From an uncultured Gammaproteobacteria bacterium (GTDB taxonomy: Bacteria; Patescibacteriota; Microgenomatia; JALYQM01), in NCBI GenBank assembly GCA_964535655.1, contig CAZHTP010000001.1, positions 186,862-250,861 on the forward strand: a stretch of DNA of 64,000 nucleotides, given 5' to 3'. Below, one piece after another: positions 39,345-48,465 of the stretch; within the stretch, counting starts at the first letter, position 1; each line of letters starts with the position of its first letter. Made by a program: the position numbers and the translations under genes. The notes below the pieces were generated by a model, which saw nothing but the letters and a program-made list of their open reading frames with translations, did no database searches and had not been told where the DNA came from.

Positions 39345-39803
39345 ATGAATATTTCAGCTGAAATGGTTAAAGAGCTCCGAGAAAAAACAGGAGCGGGAAT
39401 TATGAATTGTCGTCGTGCTTTAGAGAAAGCCGAAGGAGATCTAAAAAAGGCAGCCGAGATCTTAATGACTGAAGGTATTGAAAAAGCAGATAAGAAATCT
39501 GATCGTGTAACGGGGAGCGGATCTGTATTTACCTATACTCATGGAGAAGGTCGAATTGCTGCAATGGTTGAGTTACTTTGTGAAACAGATTTCGTGGCTC
39601 GAACTGAAGATTTTCAGAAACTTGGAAAAGAGATTGCAATGCAGGTTTCAGCTATGAACCCTGTAGACGTTGCGGAACTTGAAAAACAAACGTATATTAG
39701 AGATAGTAAAATGACAATTAAAGATTTAGTTAAGTCGGGAATTGCAAAACTTGGAGAAAATATTCAGGTTCGCCGCTTTGCTCGGTTTACGCTTGGGGAG
39801 TAA
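39345..39803 (+). CDS. tsf: Elongation factor Ts, short form
   Basis: VKELREKTGAGIMNC..AL, ELLCETDFVA, KLGENIQVRRFARF; SD aggag before ATG 39345. Confidence 0.96.
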   Translation: MNISAEMVKELREKTGAGIMNCRRALEKAEGDLKKAAEILMTEGIEKADKKSDRVTGSGSVFTYTHGEGRIAAMVELLCETDFVARTEDFQKLGKEIAMQVSAMNPVDVAELEKQTYIRDSKMTIKDLVKSGIAKLGENIQVRRFARFTLGE

Positions 39804-39805
39804 GT

Positions 39806-40348
39806 ATGGATCTTGATTCTCAAATGCAAAAAATACTAGATGGACTCAAATCGGAGTTAGCACAAGTTAGGACTGGCCGCGCAACACCTGCCCTTGTCGA
39901 GAATGTTTTTGTAGAAGTGTATGGAACTAAAATGCGTTTAATGGAGCTTGCAACGATACTTGCTCCTGATGCTCATTTAATTACTATTCAGCCATGGGAT
40001 ACCGGGAACCTAACTCCAATTAGAAAAGGGATTGAAGAAGCTAATTTAGGGCTAAACCCTCAAATTGATGCAACAAATGTTATTCGTATCTCTATACCTC
40101 CACTTACGGAAGAGCGTCGAAAAGAATTTGTAAAACGTGTTAAAGCGATAATTGAAGATTTTAAGGTTCGATTACGTATGGCTCGACAAGATGCGGTAAA
40201 AGATATTGAAAAACAGGAAAAAGCTAAAGAAATATCTGAAGATGACGCAAAACGGGAGAAAGATAAGATTCAGAAATCTGTTGATTCCTATGTTGCGAAA
40301 ATTGACGCATTAGGCAGTGCGAAAGAAGAAGATTTAATGAAAGTATAG
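39806..40348 (+). CDS. frr: Ribosome recycling factor
   Basis: RTGRATP, IQPWD, LGLNP, IPPLTEERRKE, ISEDD. Confidence 0.97.
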   Translation: MDLDSQMQKILDGLKSELAQVRTGRATPALVENVFVEVYGTKMRLMELATILAPDAHLITIQPWDTGNLTPIRKGIEEANLGLNPQIDATNVIRISIPPLTEERRKEFVKRVKAIIEDFKVRLRMARQDAVKDIEKQEKAKEISEDDAKREKDKIQKSVDSYVAKIDALGSAKEEDLMKV

Positions 40349-40386
40349 TCCCTCGACTTAATTTGGGATACGAAAGGATCTGCTCA

Positions 40387-41487
40387 ATGGATTTTATTAT
40401 CATTCTTCTCGTGCTTGTGATACTTCATGAGTTCGGCCATTTTATTGCCGCAAGGCGAAGCGGTGTTCGTGTTGAGGAATTTGGTTTTGGACTTCCTCCT
40501 CGGATTTTTGGACGAAAGTTTGGGAAAAAACCTCTTCCTGGTAAACCTGATGAACGAACCTTATTTTCACTTAACTGGTTGCCAATTGGCGGATTTGTAC
40601 GCTTAACTGGCGAAGATGCAATTTACCAAGATGAAACTGATCCCCGCAATTTTCAGAACGCTGCTTTATGGAAACGTATGGTGATTGTGTTAAGTGGCGT
40701 AGTAATGAATTTTATTTTAGGTATTACACTTTTTGCGGTTGTTTATTCTTTTATTGGGATACCTGCTCGGCCACCTAAGGTTGATGTTTTAGTAAGTAAA
40801 GTAGCTCAGGATTCTCCCGCTTCAATAGTTGGCTTACAGAAAGGTGACCGAATTGATGGCTTCAATGGAGCTACTGTCAAGGACTCAGAATCGCTTATCA
40901 CTGAGGTTAAGAAGAATGTTGATAAAGTTATTACACTCTCTATTGTCCGTAATGGTTCAGAAAAGCGTGATGTTGCCTTGATTCCTCGAAGTAATCCTCC
41001 TGAGGGACAAGGAGCTCTTGGAGTTCAGCTTGATCAAAAGTTACGTACAACGTTCTATCCAAAATGGCAGATGCCTTTTTATGGTGTTGCTGCAGGATTT
41101 ACTGATACGGTCGAGATGTCCAAGCAGATTTTACCTGCGTTGAAAAATTTAATTACCTCACTTGCATTCCAGCAAAAGGTCCCATCTGAAGTGGCTGGTC
41201 CTGTAGGGATTTATCGTGCTTCAAAGCTTTTCTGCGGATCTGGGGTTCTTTCTTGTCTGCAGTTTGCTGGATTGCTTTCTGTAAACCTAGCTATCTTTAA
41301 TCTATTGCCAATTCCGGCTCTCGATGGAGGACGGTTTGCTTTTATGCTCTATGAGGCAATTACTCGTCGTAAGCCGAATCCTAAGTTTGAACAGTGGTCA
41401 CATGCGATATTCTTTGCGCTTCTTATCTTGTTGTTGCTGTTTGTGACGTACAATGATGTGTTTGTGTCGAAAGGGTTGTTGAAGTAG
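40387..41487 (+). CDS. rseP: RseP/RasP site-2 intramembrane zinc metalloprotease with PDZ domain
   Basis: HEFGH, EEFGFG, LPIGGFVRL, PDZ (SPA..GLQKGD.I), NLLPIPALDGG. Confidence 0.93.
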   Translation: MDFIIILLVLVILHEFGHFIAARRSGVRVEEFGFGLPPRIFGRKFGKKPLPGKPDERTLFSLNWLPIGGFVRLTGEDAIYQDETDPRNFQNAALWKRMVIVLSGVVMNFILGITLFAVVYSFIGIPARPPKVDVLVSKVAQDSPASIVGLQKGDRIDGFNGATVKDSESLITEVKKNVDKVITLSIVRNGSEKRDVALIPRSNPPEGQGALGVQLDQKLRTTFYPKWQMPFYGVAAGFTDTVEMSKQILPALKNLITSLAFQQKVPSEVAGPVGIYRASKLFCGSGVLSCLQFAGLLSVNLAIFNLLPIPALDGGRFAFMLYEAITRRKPNPKFEQWSHAIFFALLILLLLFVTYNDVFVSKGLLK

Positions 41488-41663
41488 ATCGCTAGCTAGT
41501 TATTATTCGCTCAAAGCTAGGCATTTAGAAGCTCCTGCGCTTATAGCTCAGGATCTACGGCTCCGCCAAGTTGCGTTCGCCTGCGATCTGCTTTGCCAAT
41601 AGCAGTATGGCAAAGAAGGTCACCACAAAGCTTTCCATTGAAAGTGCAAGTACATTCCTCTAA

Positions 41664-44228
41664 TTACATCTCTATTGATTGGCCTTCAGTTAGTTTTCCT
41701 TCGAGAATTAGTGTGGCGATTTTTGACTCAAGCTGGTCTTGGATTTCTCGTTGTAATGGTCTTGCGCCTAGCTCAACATTGTAGCCATTTTTAATGAGTG
41801 CCTCAATGGTTTGTGGTGCGAAGGTAATGGTAATCTTTTTGGTGTCGTAGAGTTGCTGTGCTATCTTACCAAGTTGTATTTGTACTACTTTCTCGATGCT
41901 TTGGCGAGTGAGTGGTTTAAATAAAATTATTTCATCGAAGCGGTTAAGAAATTCGGTGCGGAAGTAGGGTGATAAGATGTGGTATATCTCTTTTTGAATT
42001 TGTTCGTACTGATCGGGTGCTGTTATTGTTTGAAATCTTTTCGTAATCTCATGGGTACCGGCATTGCTGGTAGCTATAATAATTGATTCGTTGAATTCGA
42101 CGGTGGAACCATATGCGTCGGTTAATCGTGCATCGTCAAGTACTTGCAAAAATAAATCGAGGACCTGTGGATGAGCTTTCTCGAGCTCATCAAGAAGCAG
42201 TAAACTATATGGTTGTTTGCGAATGATCTCAGTTAGAGGAGCGAGACTAGTGCTCCCCTCAGAGTTGCCGATAATCCTCGCGACGCTATCCTGATTCTGA
42301 TATTCACTCATATCCAAACGAATCATTTTTTTCTCACTACCGAAATATATTTTTGCAAGCGTTTTTGCCATCTCAGTTTTTCCTACACCAGTAGGCCCAA
42401 CAAAAAGAAAGGAGCCGATAGGTTTATTAGTATTGCGAAGGCCAGATCTGTTGCGACGGAGGTTTTCAGAGATCGCATGTACCGCGTCAGTCTGATCTAC
42501 TATATATTTTCTAAACTCATCTTCCATATGGAGCAGAGTTTGCGCCTCATTTTTTTCAATATCACCGACAGGTATTGTTGTTTGTGCTGTAACGATTTTA
42601 TCAACAAGTTGCTCCAGGATTGGAACTCTTTTACCATATCGTGTTATCCATAGATTTTGAGAGTGATCATTGTAGGCAACAATCGCGATATCATCAATAA
42701 GCGTTAGGGCTTTCTCAGGGAAAAAACCTTGGTGAATATAATTTTTAGCATACGTTACGATTAGATCGAGTATAGGGTAGGGGAAAAAGAGTGCATATTT
42801 TTCTTCAAGTTGTAGTGATGCGGTATGAATGATTGATGCCGTTTCGTTTTGATCTGTTTCTGGGACTTTTATATGAGTGAATTGCCCTAAGAACATGGGA
42901 CTATTCTGTTCGAGTGTTTTATATTCTTTTGGTGTTATTGCTCCAATGATAGTTAATTTCCCGTTAGTTATGGGTTTTTGTAATAATGAAAAAAGATTTA
43001 TGCCTTCTTTTGTTTTAGTTTCGATAGCTGCACTGAAATCATTTAAATAGAGTATGATATTGGTGCTTCGTTCAATTTCATCGATAATCAGTTCTACGCG
43101 CTCTTCAAATGCTCCTTTTTCTGTTGTTCCTGCAAACAATCTACCAATATCGAGATCCATTATTCTTTTACTCCATAACGGACCATGGGTTGCCCCAGTA
43201 TTAATTGCATGAGTGATTTCGCGAACAAGTGTATCTTTCCCAACACCAATTTCACCAATTAAAAGCACATTGGCATTTTGAGGTTTTTGTAGCGCTTTTT
43301 CAATAGCTTTAATAATTTCGCTGCGAATAACTCGTTGCGGTTCATTGGCTACTGCTGAATTTAAATCATATCCGTATTGGTTAAGAATAGGTGTAACTGT
43401 TCCTTGCCAGGTGCGATTGGTTCCTCCACCTACAAGAAGCTGGTAATCGGAATCCCATAAACGGGGAGGATACAAGAGTGTGAATTCGTATTCTTCCCAG
43501 GAAATGAAGAGGTGAAATAGATGAAGGTCAAGTTTATTCTTTCGCAAAATTACTTCAATTTCCGCTCCATATAAATGCATTATTGCAGCAAATACGTGTA
43601 CAGTTCTGATTATTCGTACATTTTGCTCACGTACCAGGGTATATATTTCCACTAGTAAATTCTTTCCGTTTGTCTGATGCGAAGCTAAGACCGGCCAAAT
43701 CTCGTTCATTGGGAGCAAAGATCTTTGAATAAAATGTTTAACATCAGGAGAGTCTTTTAATACTGATAGAAAATTTGGATTACCAAGATTTTTAATGAGC
43801 GTGCGAGCTTCTTTGTTGCAATAGGGTAAGATATCATAATTAGTTGCTTTAATAGGGTGAAGTTGGTAGGCTTTTTTGCGGGCAATAGCAATAAAATACA
43901 TTAATCCTATGAATGGTGTAATTAAAAACAGGGGGTACCTAAATGCAACAGCTAATGAACTTATCCAAATTAAAGGAAGCGTTAAAAGTATAATTGAACT
44001 TATAGTGAAAACGAGTGCGCCAATTATTATTACAGAAGTTCGTGTAACTAGTGAGATACATCTTCCTACAAAGGTACGATCACCATAAATTGGTGTAAAG
44101 AAATAACGTGCATTGGTTGTAATGCCAATTAAATCTTCAATTTTTGCTAAAGCATTATTAATGAAATGAAATTGAGCAATTAAAGCGCGATAAAAATACC
44201 AGGAAAAAAACTCTGTTATTGTATTCAT
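41664..44228 (-). CDS. ClpA/B-type AAA+ ATPase with N-terminal transmembrane segment
   Basis: D1 GEIGVGKD with degenerate Walker B (LYLND); D2 GPTGVGKTE, RLDMSEYQ, LLDELEKAH, EFLNRFD, GARPL; long hydrophobic stretch at about residues 60-115. Confidence 0.88.
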   Translation of the reverse strand: MNTITEFFSWYFYRALIAQFHFINNALAKIEDLIGITTNARYFFTPIYGDRTFVGRCISLVTRTSVIIIGALVFTISSIILLTLPLIWISSLAVAFRYPLFLITPFIGLMYFIAIARKKAYQLHPIKATNYDILPYCNKEARTLIKNLGNPNFLSVLKDSPDVKHFIQRSLLPMNEIWPVLASHQTNGKNLLVEIYTLVREQNVRIIRTVHVFAAIMHLYGAEIEVILRKNKLDLHLFHLFISWEEYEFTLLYPPRLWDSDYQLLVGGGTNRTWQGTVTPILNQYGYDLNSAVANEPQRVIRSEIIKAIEKALQKPQNANVLLIGEIGVGKDTLVREITHAINTGATHGPLWSKRIMDLDIGRLFAGTTEKGAFEERVELIIDEIERSTNIILYLNDFSAAIETKTKEGINLFSLLQKPITNGKLTIIGAITPKEYKTLEQNSPMFLGQFTHIKVPETDQNETASIIHTASLQLEEKYALFFPYPILDLIVTYAKNYIHQGFFPEKALTLIDDIAIVAYNDHSQNLWITRYGKRVPILEQLVDKIVTAQTTIPVGDIEKNEAQTLLHMEDEFRKYIVDQTDAVHAISENLRRNRSGLRNTNKPIGSFLFVGPTGVGKTEMAKTLAKIYFGSEKKMIRLDMSEYQNQDSVARIIGNSEGSTSLAPLTEIIRKQPYSLLLLDELEKAHPQVLDLFLQVLDDARLTDAYGSTVEFNESIIIATSNAGTHEITKRFQTITAPDQYEQIQKEIYHILSPYFRTEFLNRFDEIILFKPLTRQSIEKVVQIQLGKIAQQLYDTKKITITFAPQTIEALIKNGYNVELGARPLQREIQDQLESKIATLILEGKLTEGQSIEM

Positions 44229-44317
44229 AAATCTAGTGTAATGGGTTTAGTGCGAGCAGTAAAGGATTAGTGAATATTGTGTTTGGGACGGTTTTTTTGT
44301 ATGATGGGCGGAGTTTT

Positions 44318-44391
44318 GGACTCTTAGCTCAGTTGGTTAGAGCGTCACATTGACATTGTGAAGGTCAGAGGTTCGAGTCCTCTAGGGTCCA
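44318..44391 (+). tRNA. tRNA-Val(GAC)
   Basis: GGACTCT-TAGCTCAGTTGGTTAGAGC-G-TCACA-TT-GAC-AT-TGTGA-AGGTC-AGAGGTTCGAGTCCTCT-AGGGTCC-A; CCA is not encoded. Confidence 0.96.
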
Positions 44392-44444
44392 CATATAGAG
44401 TAAAAGCAGATTGATGTTTAAAACAAACGTAGTATACTCATTCC

Positions 44445-44602
44445 TACGAAAGCGCTTGTACTTGGATTACCAACCCGAGGAGCTGGAAACGAGTGATTCA
44501 CGTAATGAATTAAGAGTGTCCCTTAGGGGGAATCGAAGTGGAACCGCGGTAGAAAAGCCGTCTTCGAGCATTATTAGATTAGTGCTTGAGGACGGTTTTT
44601 TT
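44445..44602 (+). ncRNA. T-box riboswitch upstream of thrS
   Basis: T-box sequence AATCGAAGTGGAACCGCG at 44531-44548. Antiterminator (gaag/cttc, gcgg/ccgt) competes with a long terminator at 44555-44602 ending in a T-run. Thr codon candidates in the 5' stem; promoter TTGATG/TATACT at 44411-44438. Confidence 0.85.
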
Positions 44603-44620
44603 AGTTCTTAAGGAGGACAT

Positions 44621-46381
44621 ATGAAAACGGAGGAATATTTACCCTTGCTTCGCCATAGTGCGGCTCATTTGCTTGCAGCAGCAGTGATGGAACTCTATCC
44701 GGAGGCTAAAAGAACTATTGGTCCGGCTATCGAGAATGGTTTTTACTATGATTTTGATTTTGGTGATGTGAAAGTATCCGATGAGGATCTCGCTAAAATT
44801 GAAGCAAAAATGCATGAAATTGTAACCTCGTGGAATGGATTTGAAAAAGAAGAGGTATCCGTTGAGGAAGCAAAGAAGCGATTTGCAGATAATCCCTATA
44901 AACTTGAACTCATTGAAGAGTTTGCGCAGGAAGGTCAACAGTTAACTATATATAAGAGTGGTGCTTTTGAGGATCTCTGCCGAGGTGGACACTCGGCCAA
45001 TCCTCAGAAAGATCTGGTTGCCTTTAGATTGCTTTCTTTGGCCGGAGCATATTGGCGGGGGAATGAAAAGAATAAAATGTTGACTCGCATTTATGGTACT
45101 GCCTTTCCTACACAAAAAGAGCTTGATGCATATATTACGCAACAGGAAGAAGCTAAGAAGCGTGATCATAAAAAATTAGGTAAGGAACTAGATTTATTTA
45201 TTTTTTCCGACCTGGTCGGTAAAGGATTGCCGTTATGGACGCCCAAGGGTTCAACCGTACGACGCGAATTGGAACGATTTATTGTTGATGAAGAGCTTGA
45301 TCGCGGCTATTTGCATGTATATACGCCTGATATTGCTCAAATCAAATTATATGAGACTTCGGGACACTATCCATATTATAAAGATTCAATGTATGCGCCT
45401 ATTGTTATTGATGATGAACAATTCATGCTTCGTCCGATGACATGTCCTCATCATTTCGAAATTTATCGATCTCGCCCAAGAAGCTATAAAGAACTTCCTA
45501 TGCGTATTGCTGAGTTAGCTAAATTGTATCGTTATGAACAATCCGGAGAGTTATCGGGACTGCAAAGAGTACGTAGTTTCTGCCTTGCTGATGCACATAT
45601 TATTACGCAGCCTGAGAAGGCAGAGGATGAAATTAATCAGGCTTTAGATCTGATTGAATATGCAGCAGGCATCTTTGGATTAAAAGCAAACGAAGATTAT
45701 TGGTATCGTTTATCTTTAGGCGATCGTTCCGATGATACTAAATACTTTAAAAGCGATGCAGAGTGGGATAATGCCGAAGATATTTTGCGCAAAGTTTTAG
45801 GATCACGTTCAGTTCGCAATGTCGAAGCCCCCGGAGAGGCTGCTTTTTATGGTCCAAAAATTGACGTTCAAATGAAAAATGTTAATGGTAAGGAAGATAC
45901 CGCTTTCACTGTACAATATGACTTTGTTATGCCGAAGCGATTTCAGCTTAAATACATCGACGAGCATGGACAGGAGCTTGAGCCGGTAGTTGTTCATCGT
46001 TCTTCAATTGGCGCAATCGAGCGTGTAATAGCGTTCCTTATTGAAAAATATGGTGGTGCATTTCCAGCTTGGCTTGCGCCTGTTCAAGCGGTAGTTATTC
46101 CAATCGCCGATCGTCATGCTGAATATGCCCAAGAATTGGCAGCTGAACTGAAAAAGGCAAAAGTTCGGGTAGATGTAGATTCCCGTTCAGAGTCGATGCA
46201 ATCTAAAATACGAGATGCTCAATTGCAAAAAGTTCCTTATATGCTCGTCGTAGGGGATAAAGAGATGGAAGCGAAAGGTGTGGCAGTGCGTAAACGTAAT
46301 GGAAAAAATGGAAGTCTTCAGCCATTCTCTGAATTTAAAGCTGAATTGCTCAGAGAGATCGCTAATAAAGAAAATAAGTAA
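44621..46381 (+). CDS. thrS: Threonine--tRNA ligase (no TGS domain)
   Basis: RHSAAHLLA, GFYYDF, DLCRGGH, RDHKKLG, RPMTCPHH, YRYEQSGEL.GL.RVR, AFYGPKID. Confidence 0.97.
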   Translation: MKTEEYLPLLRHSAAHLLAAAVMELYPEAKRTIGPAIENGFYYDFDFGDVKVSDEDLAKIEAKMHEIVTSWNGFEKEEVSVEEAKKRFADNPYKLELIEEFAQEGQQLTIYKSGAFEDLCRGGHSANPQKDLVAFRLLSLAGAYWRGNEKNKMLTRIYGTAFPTQKELDAYITQQEEAKKRDHKKLGKELDLFIFSDLVGKGLPLWTPKGSTVRRELERFIVDEELDRGYLHVYTPDIAQIKLYETSGHYPYYKDSMYAPIVIDDEQFMLRPMTCPHHFEIYRSRPRSYKELPMRIAELAKLYRYEQSGELSGLQRVRSFCLADAHIITQPEKAEDEINQALDLIEYAAGIFGLKANEDYWYRLSLGDRSDDTKYFKSDAEWDNAEDILRKVLGSRSVRNVEAPGEAAFYGPKIDVQMKNVNGKEDTAFTVQYDFVMPKRFQLKYIDEHGQELEPVVVHRSSIGAIERVIAFLIEKYGGAFPAWLAPVQAVVIPIADRHAEYAQELAAELKKAKVRVDVDSRSESMQSKIRDAQLQKVPYMLVVGDKEMEAKGVAVRKRNGKNGSLQPFSEFKAELLREIANKENK

Positions 46382-46425
46382 AGCTCTAGTAATATATTTA
46401 GACCTATAGTATAATCTTTCGCATT

Positions 46426-47898
46426 ATGAAAGATGAACAATCTAAAAGTCTAGGTGACAGTGTATATCATGATCTCGCAGAGCCACTTTGGAAGAATAGT
46501 TTTGCGATCGGATTTCGGAGAATGGAGCAAATACTTGCTGATGCTCAGATTAATACTGACCAGGTATTGCAGCAGCAACGAGCGCTTTTTGTTACAGCGT
46601 TCAACAGTAATCATTCTCAGGAGGGGTTTTGCGGTAGAGCGCAGGTTGTTTTCCGAAATGTTAGTGAGAGACTAACGCAGCTTGATAGGCACGATCTGGT
46701 TGAGGAGCTTGTAGCTGTTGCCAAGAGAGCCTCGGAAAGATCTAATCTTTTGTTGCATGATTTGGCTGAAAGTGGAGGAACTTTCCATGCTACTGAACAA
46801 TCATTTATAACTGACGGGACCATTATGATAGCTGGAGAAGCGATGGAAGCATTTGCTTCAACTCCTGACTACTTTTCGGCTATGGCAAAACTCTTTGGTT
46901 GTACAGAAGAAGTTGCACCTATTTTGAAAGATTCATTTTTTAAGGGGGCACATTTAGATGAAGATGATATTCAAAATATTGTTAATGCACAGCAGGCTGG
47001 GGATGATACAGTTGATATTCTCGTAGGTTTTTTACTTAGACAGCAGAGAAAATATCGATTCCCTACAACTCAGGATTATGAGTTTGTACCTGGAAAATCT
47101 GACGAATATAATCAGCAACGAAAGATAAAAGCAATTCGTGATGCTGCATATTGTGTTGGCTCAGTGATACGGGTTGTGAGTATCCTGTGCCAAGACGAAA
47201 TCTCGGCAATCTCAGATATCTCCGCTTGTGAGGACCCTATAGCTTTGTTCTTGAAATGTACTAGCAAAGAATATACTGCTGAGCAAGTAGATGTAATTAA
47301 AAGGATTGCTCTTGCCCATTGTACTCATGGTTTAAATTCCGGAGAGTTGACGGCTCGGTTATCTGGTTCTGTACGTACAACATTTCCACGCGGTATCATG
47401 GCGAGTTTACTTGTGCGCAGTGGTATTGTGCATGCTGGTGCGTTGAGTGAATGTATGATGCAAACGTCAGACTACTTGCAATCAGAGCTATCGGCGGAGG
47501 AATTTGTTAGCCTACTATTTTCCTCTCACGGAAAGTTATATGGATTTGGCCATCGGATACATAAGATCGATGCTTCGGATTCATCGGAGGTGCTTGGACG
47601 GGATCCTCGTGTACATTTTTACATCTCCTGTGCTAGAGAGGCATTCCCTGATAAAGCAGATGTTATTGATCGGCTTGTTGAATATGCAAAGGCCATACGT
47701 AAGAATAAGCCTACGCTTGGTGCTAATACCGACTTTGGGGCAAGCGTCTTATTTAATTGCCTTGATCTTTCGCCTCAAGTGGCAAGCGGGTTTTTTACTG
47801 CTTTTCGAATCCCTGGGATTTGCGCGAATATTGTGAATGAGTTACAGATTAAGTCTAATTCTAGAAAACCACCATTCCCTCCAGTGTTACCATATTAA
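46426..47898 (+). CDS. Citrate synthase / citryl-CoA lyase fold protein with N-terminal extension
   Basis: CTHGLNSGELTAR, GIVHAGA, YGFGHRIHK...DPR, GANTDF and FTAFRIPG align with citrate synthase catalytic motifs. Confidence 0.75.
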   Translation: MKDEQSKSLGDSVYHDLAEPLWKNSFAIGFRRMEQILADAQINTDQVLQQQRALFVTAFNSNHSQEGFCGRAQVVFRNVSERLTQLDRHDLVEELVAVAKRASERSNLLLHDLAESGGTFHATEQSFITDGTIMIAGEAMEAFASTPDYFSAMAKLFGCTEEVAPILKDSFFKGAHLDEDDIQNIVNAQQAGDDTVDILVGFLLRQQRKYRFPTTQDYEFVPGKSDEYNQQRKIKAIRDAAYCVGSVIRVVSILCQDEISAISDISACEDPIALFLKCTSKEYTAEQVDVIKRIALAHCTHGLNSGELTARLSGSVRTTFPRGIMASLLVRSGIVHAGALSECMMQTSDYLQSELSAEEFVSLLFSSHGKLYGFGHRIHKIDASDSSEVLGRDPRVHFYISCAREAFPDKADVIDRLVEYAKAIRKNKPTLGANTDFGASVLFNCLDLSPQVASGFFTAFRIPGICANIVNELQIKSNSRKPPFPPVLPY

Positions 47899-48465
47899 TT
47901 ACAATAAATTTAATAAGCAGTTTTTGTCATATACGGTCGAAGATATTCCCAACTCCGAAGCTTTTTTAACATACTGTTCATTATCATCAATGTAGAGCAA
48001 TTCGTGCACAGAGTATTTGTTAAGTAATATTTTATACATTTCCTCTTCAGGCTTCATAACTCCCGTGTAACCCGAAGTAATGTAGTCGCTAAAAATCTCG
48101 TTAAGCCTTGCTTTGTCAATTCGATAGTCCATCCATTCTTTAGGACAATTGTTACAGGATATAAATCGATATTTTTTAGATAATTTTTGGAGGAGAGGGA
48201 GAGTGCTTTTGTTAATTTTTACTTTTTTTCGATATTCCTCAGCTAAGTCAATTTTAATTGGGGTCGCTATTGATTTTTCAACTTTAGCCCAATACGTTTC
48301 CTCAGAAATTTTTCCGGTGTAAAATTCCACTTTGCCGATTTCTAAAGCAGCTCTAAATTTATCAGGAGAGATTTCTAAGGTTTTACTTACTTCGACTATT
48401 CCTTCGGTTCGCCATGTAGTTCTAAAAACTATACCACCTATGTCTAAGGCAATCATTTTGATCAT
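47899..48465 (-). CDS. HAD-superfamily phosphatase (YihX-like)
   Basis: IALDIGGIV motif I, SCNN, G.MKPE...Y, YIDD...V..A..LGI. Confidence 0.85.
   Translation of the reverse strand: MIKMIALDIGGIVFRTTWRTEGIVEVSKTLEISPDKFRAALEIGKVEFYTGKISEETYWAKVEKSIATPIKIDLAEEYRKKVKINKSTLPLLQKLSKKYRFISCNNCPKEWMDYRIDKARLNEIFSDYITSGYTGVMKPEEEMYKILLNKYSVHELLYIDDNEQYVKKASELGISSTVYDKNCLLNLL

Noticed and set aside
41593-41784. 63-aa plus-strand ORF after rseP
   Set aside because: TTG start without SD or -10 box, and it overlaps the clp 3' end antisense; the region is better explained as structured non-coding sequence.
44411-44611. 66-aa ORF upstream of thrS as a possible leader peptide
   Set aside because: It starts inside the predicted -35, has no Thr-codon run, and the region is explained by the T-box.
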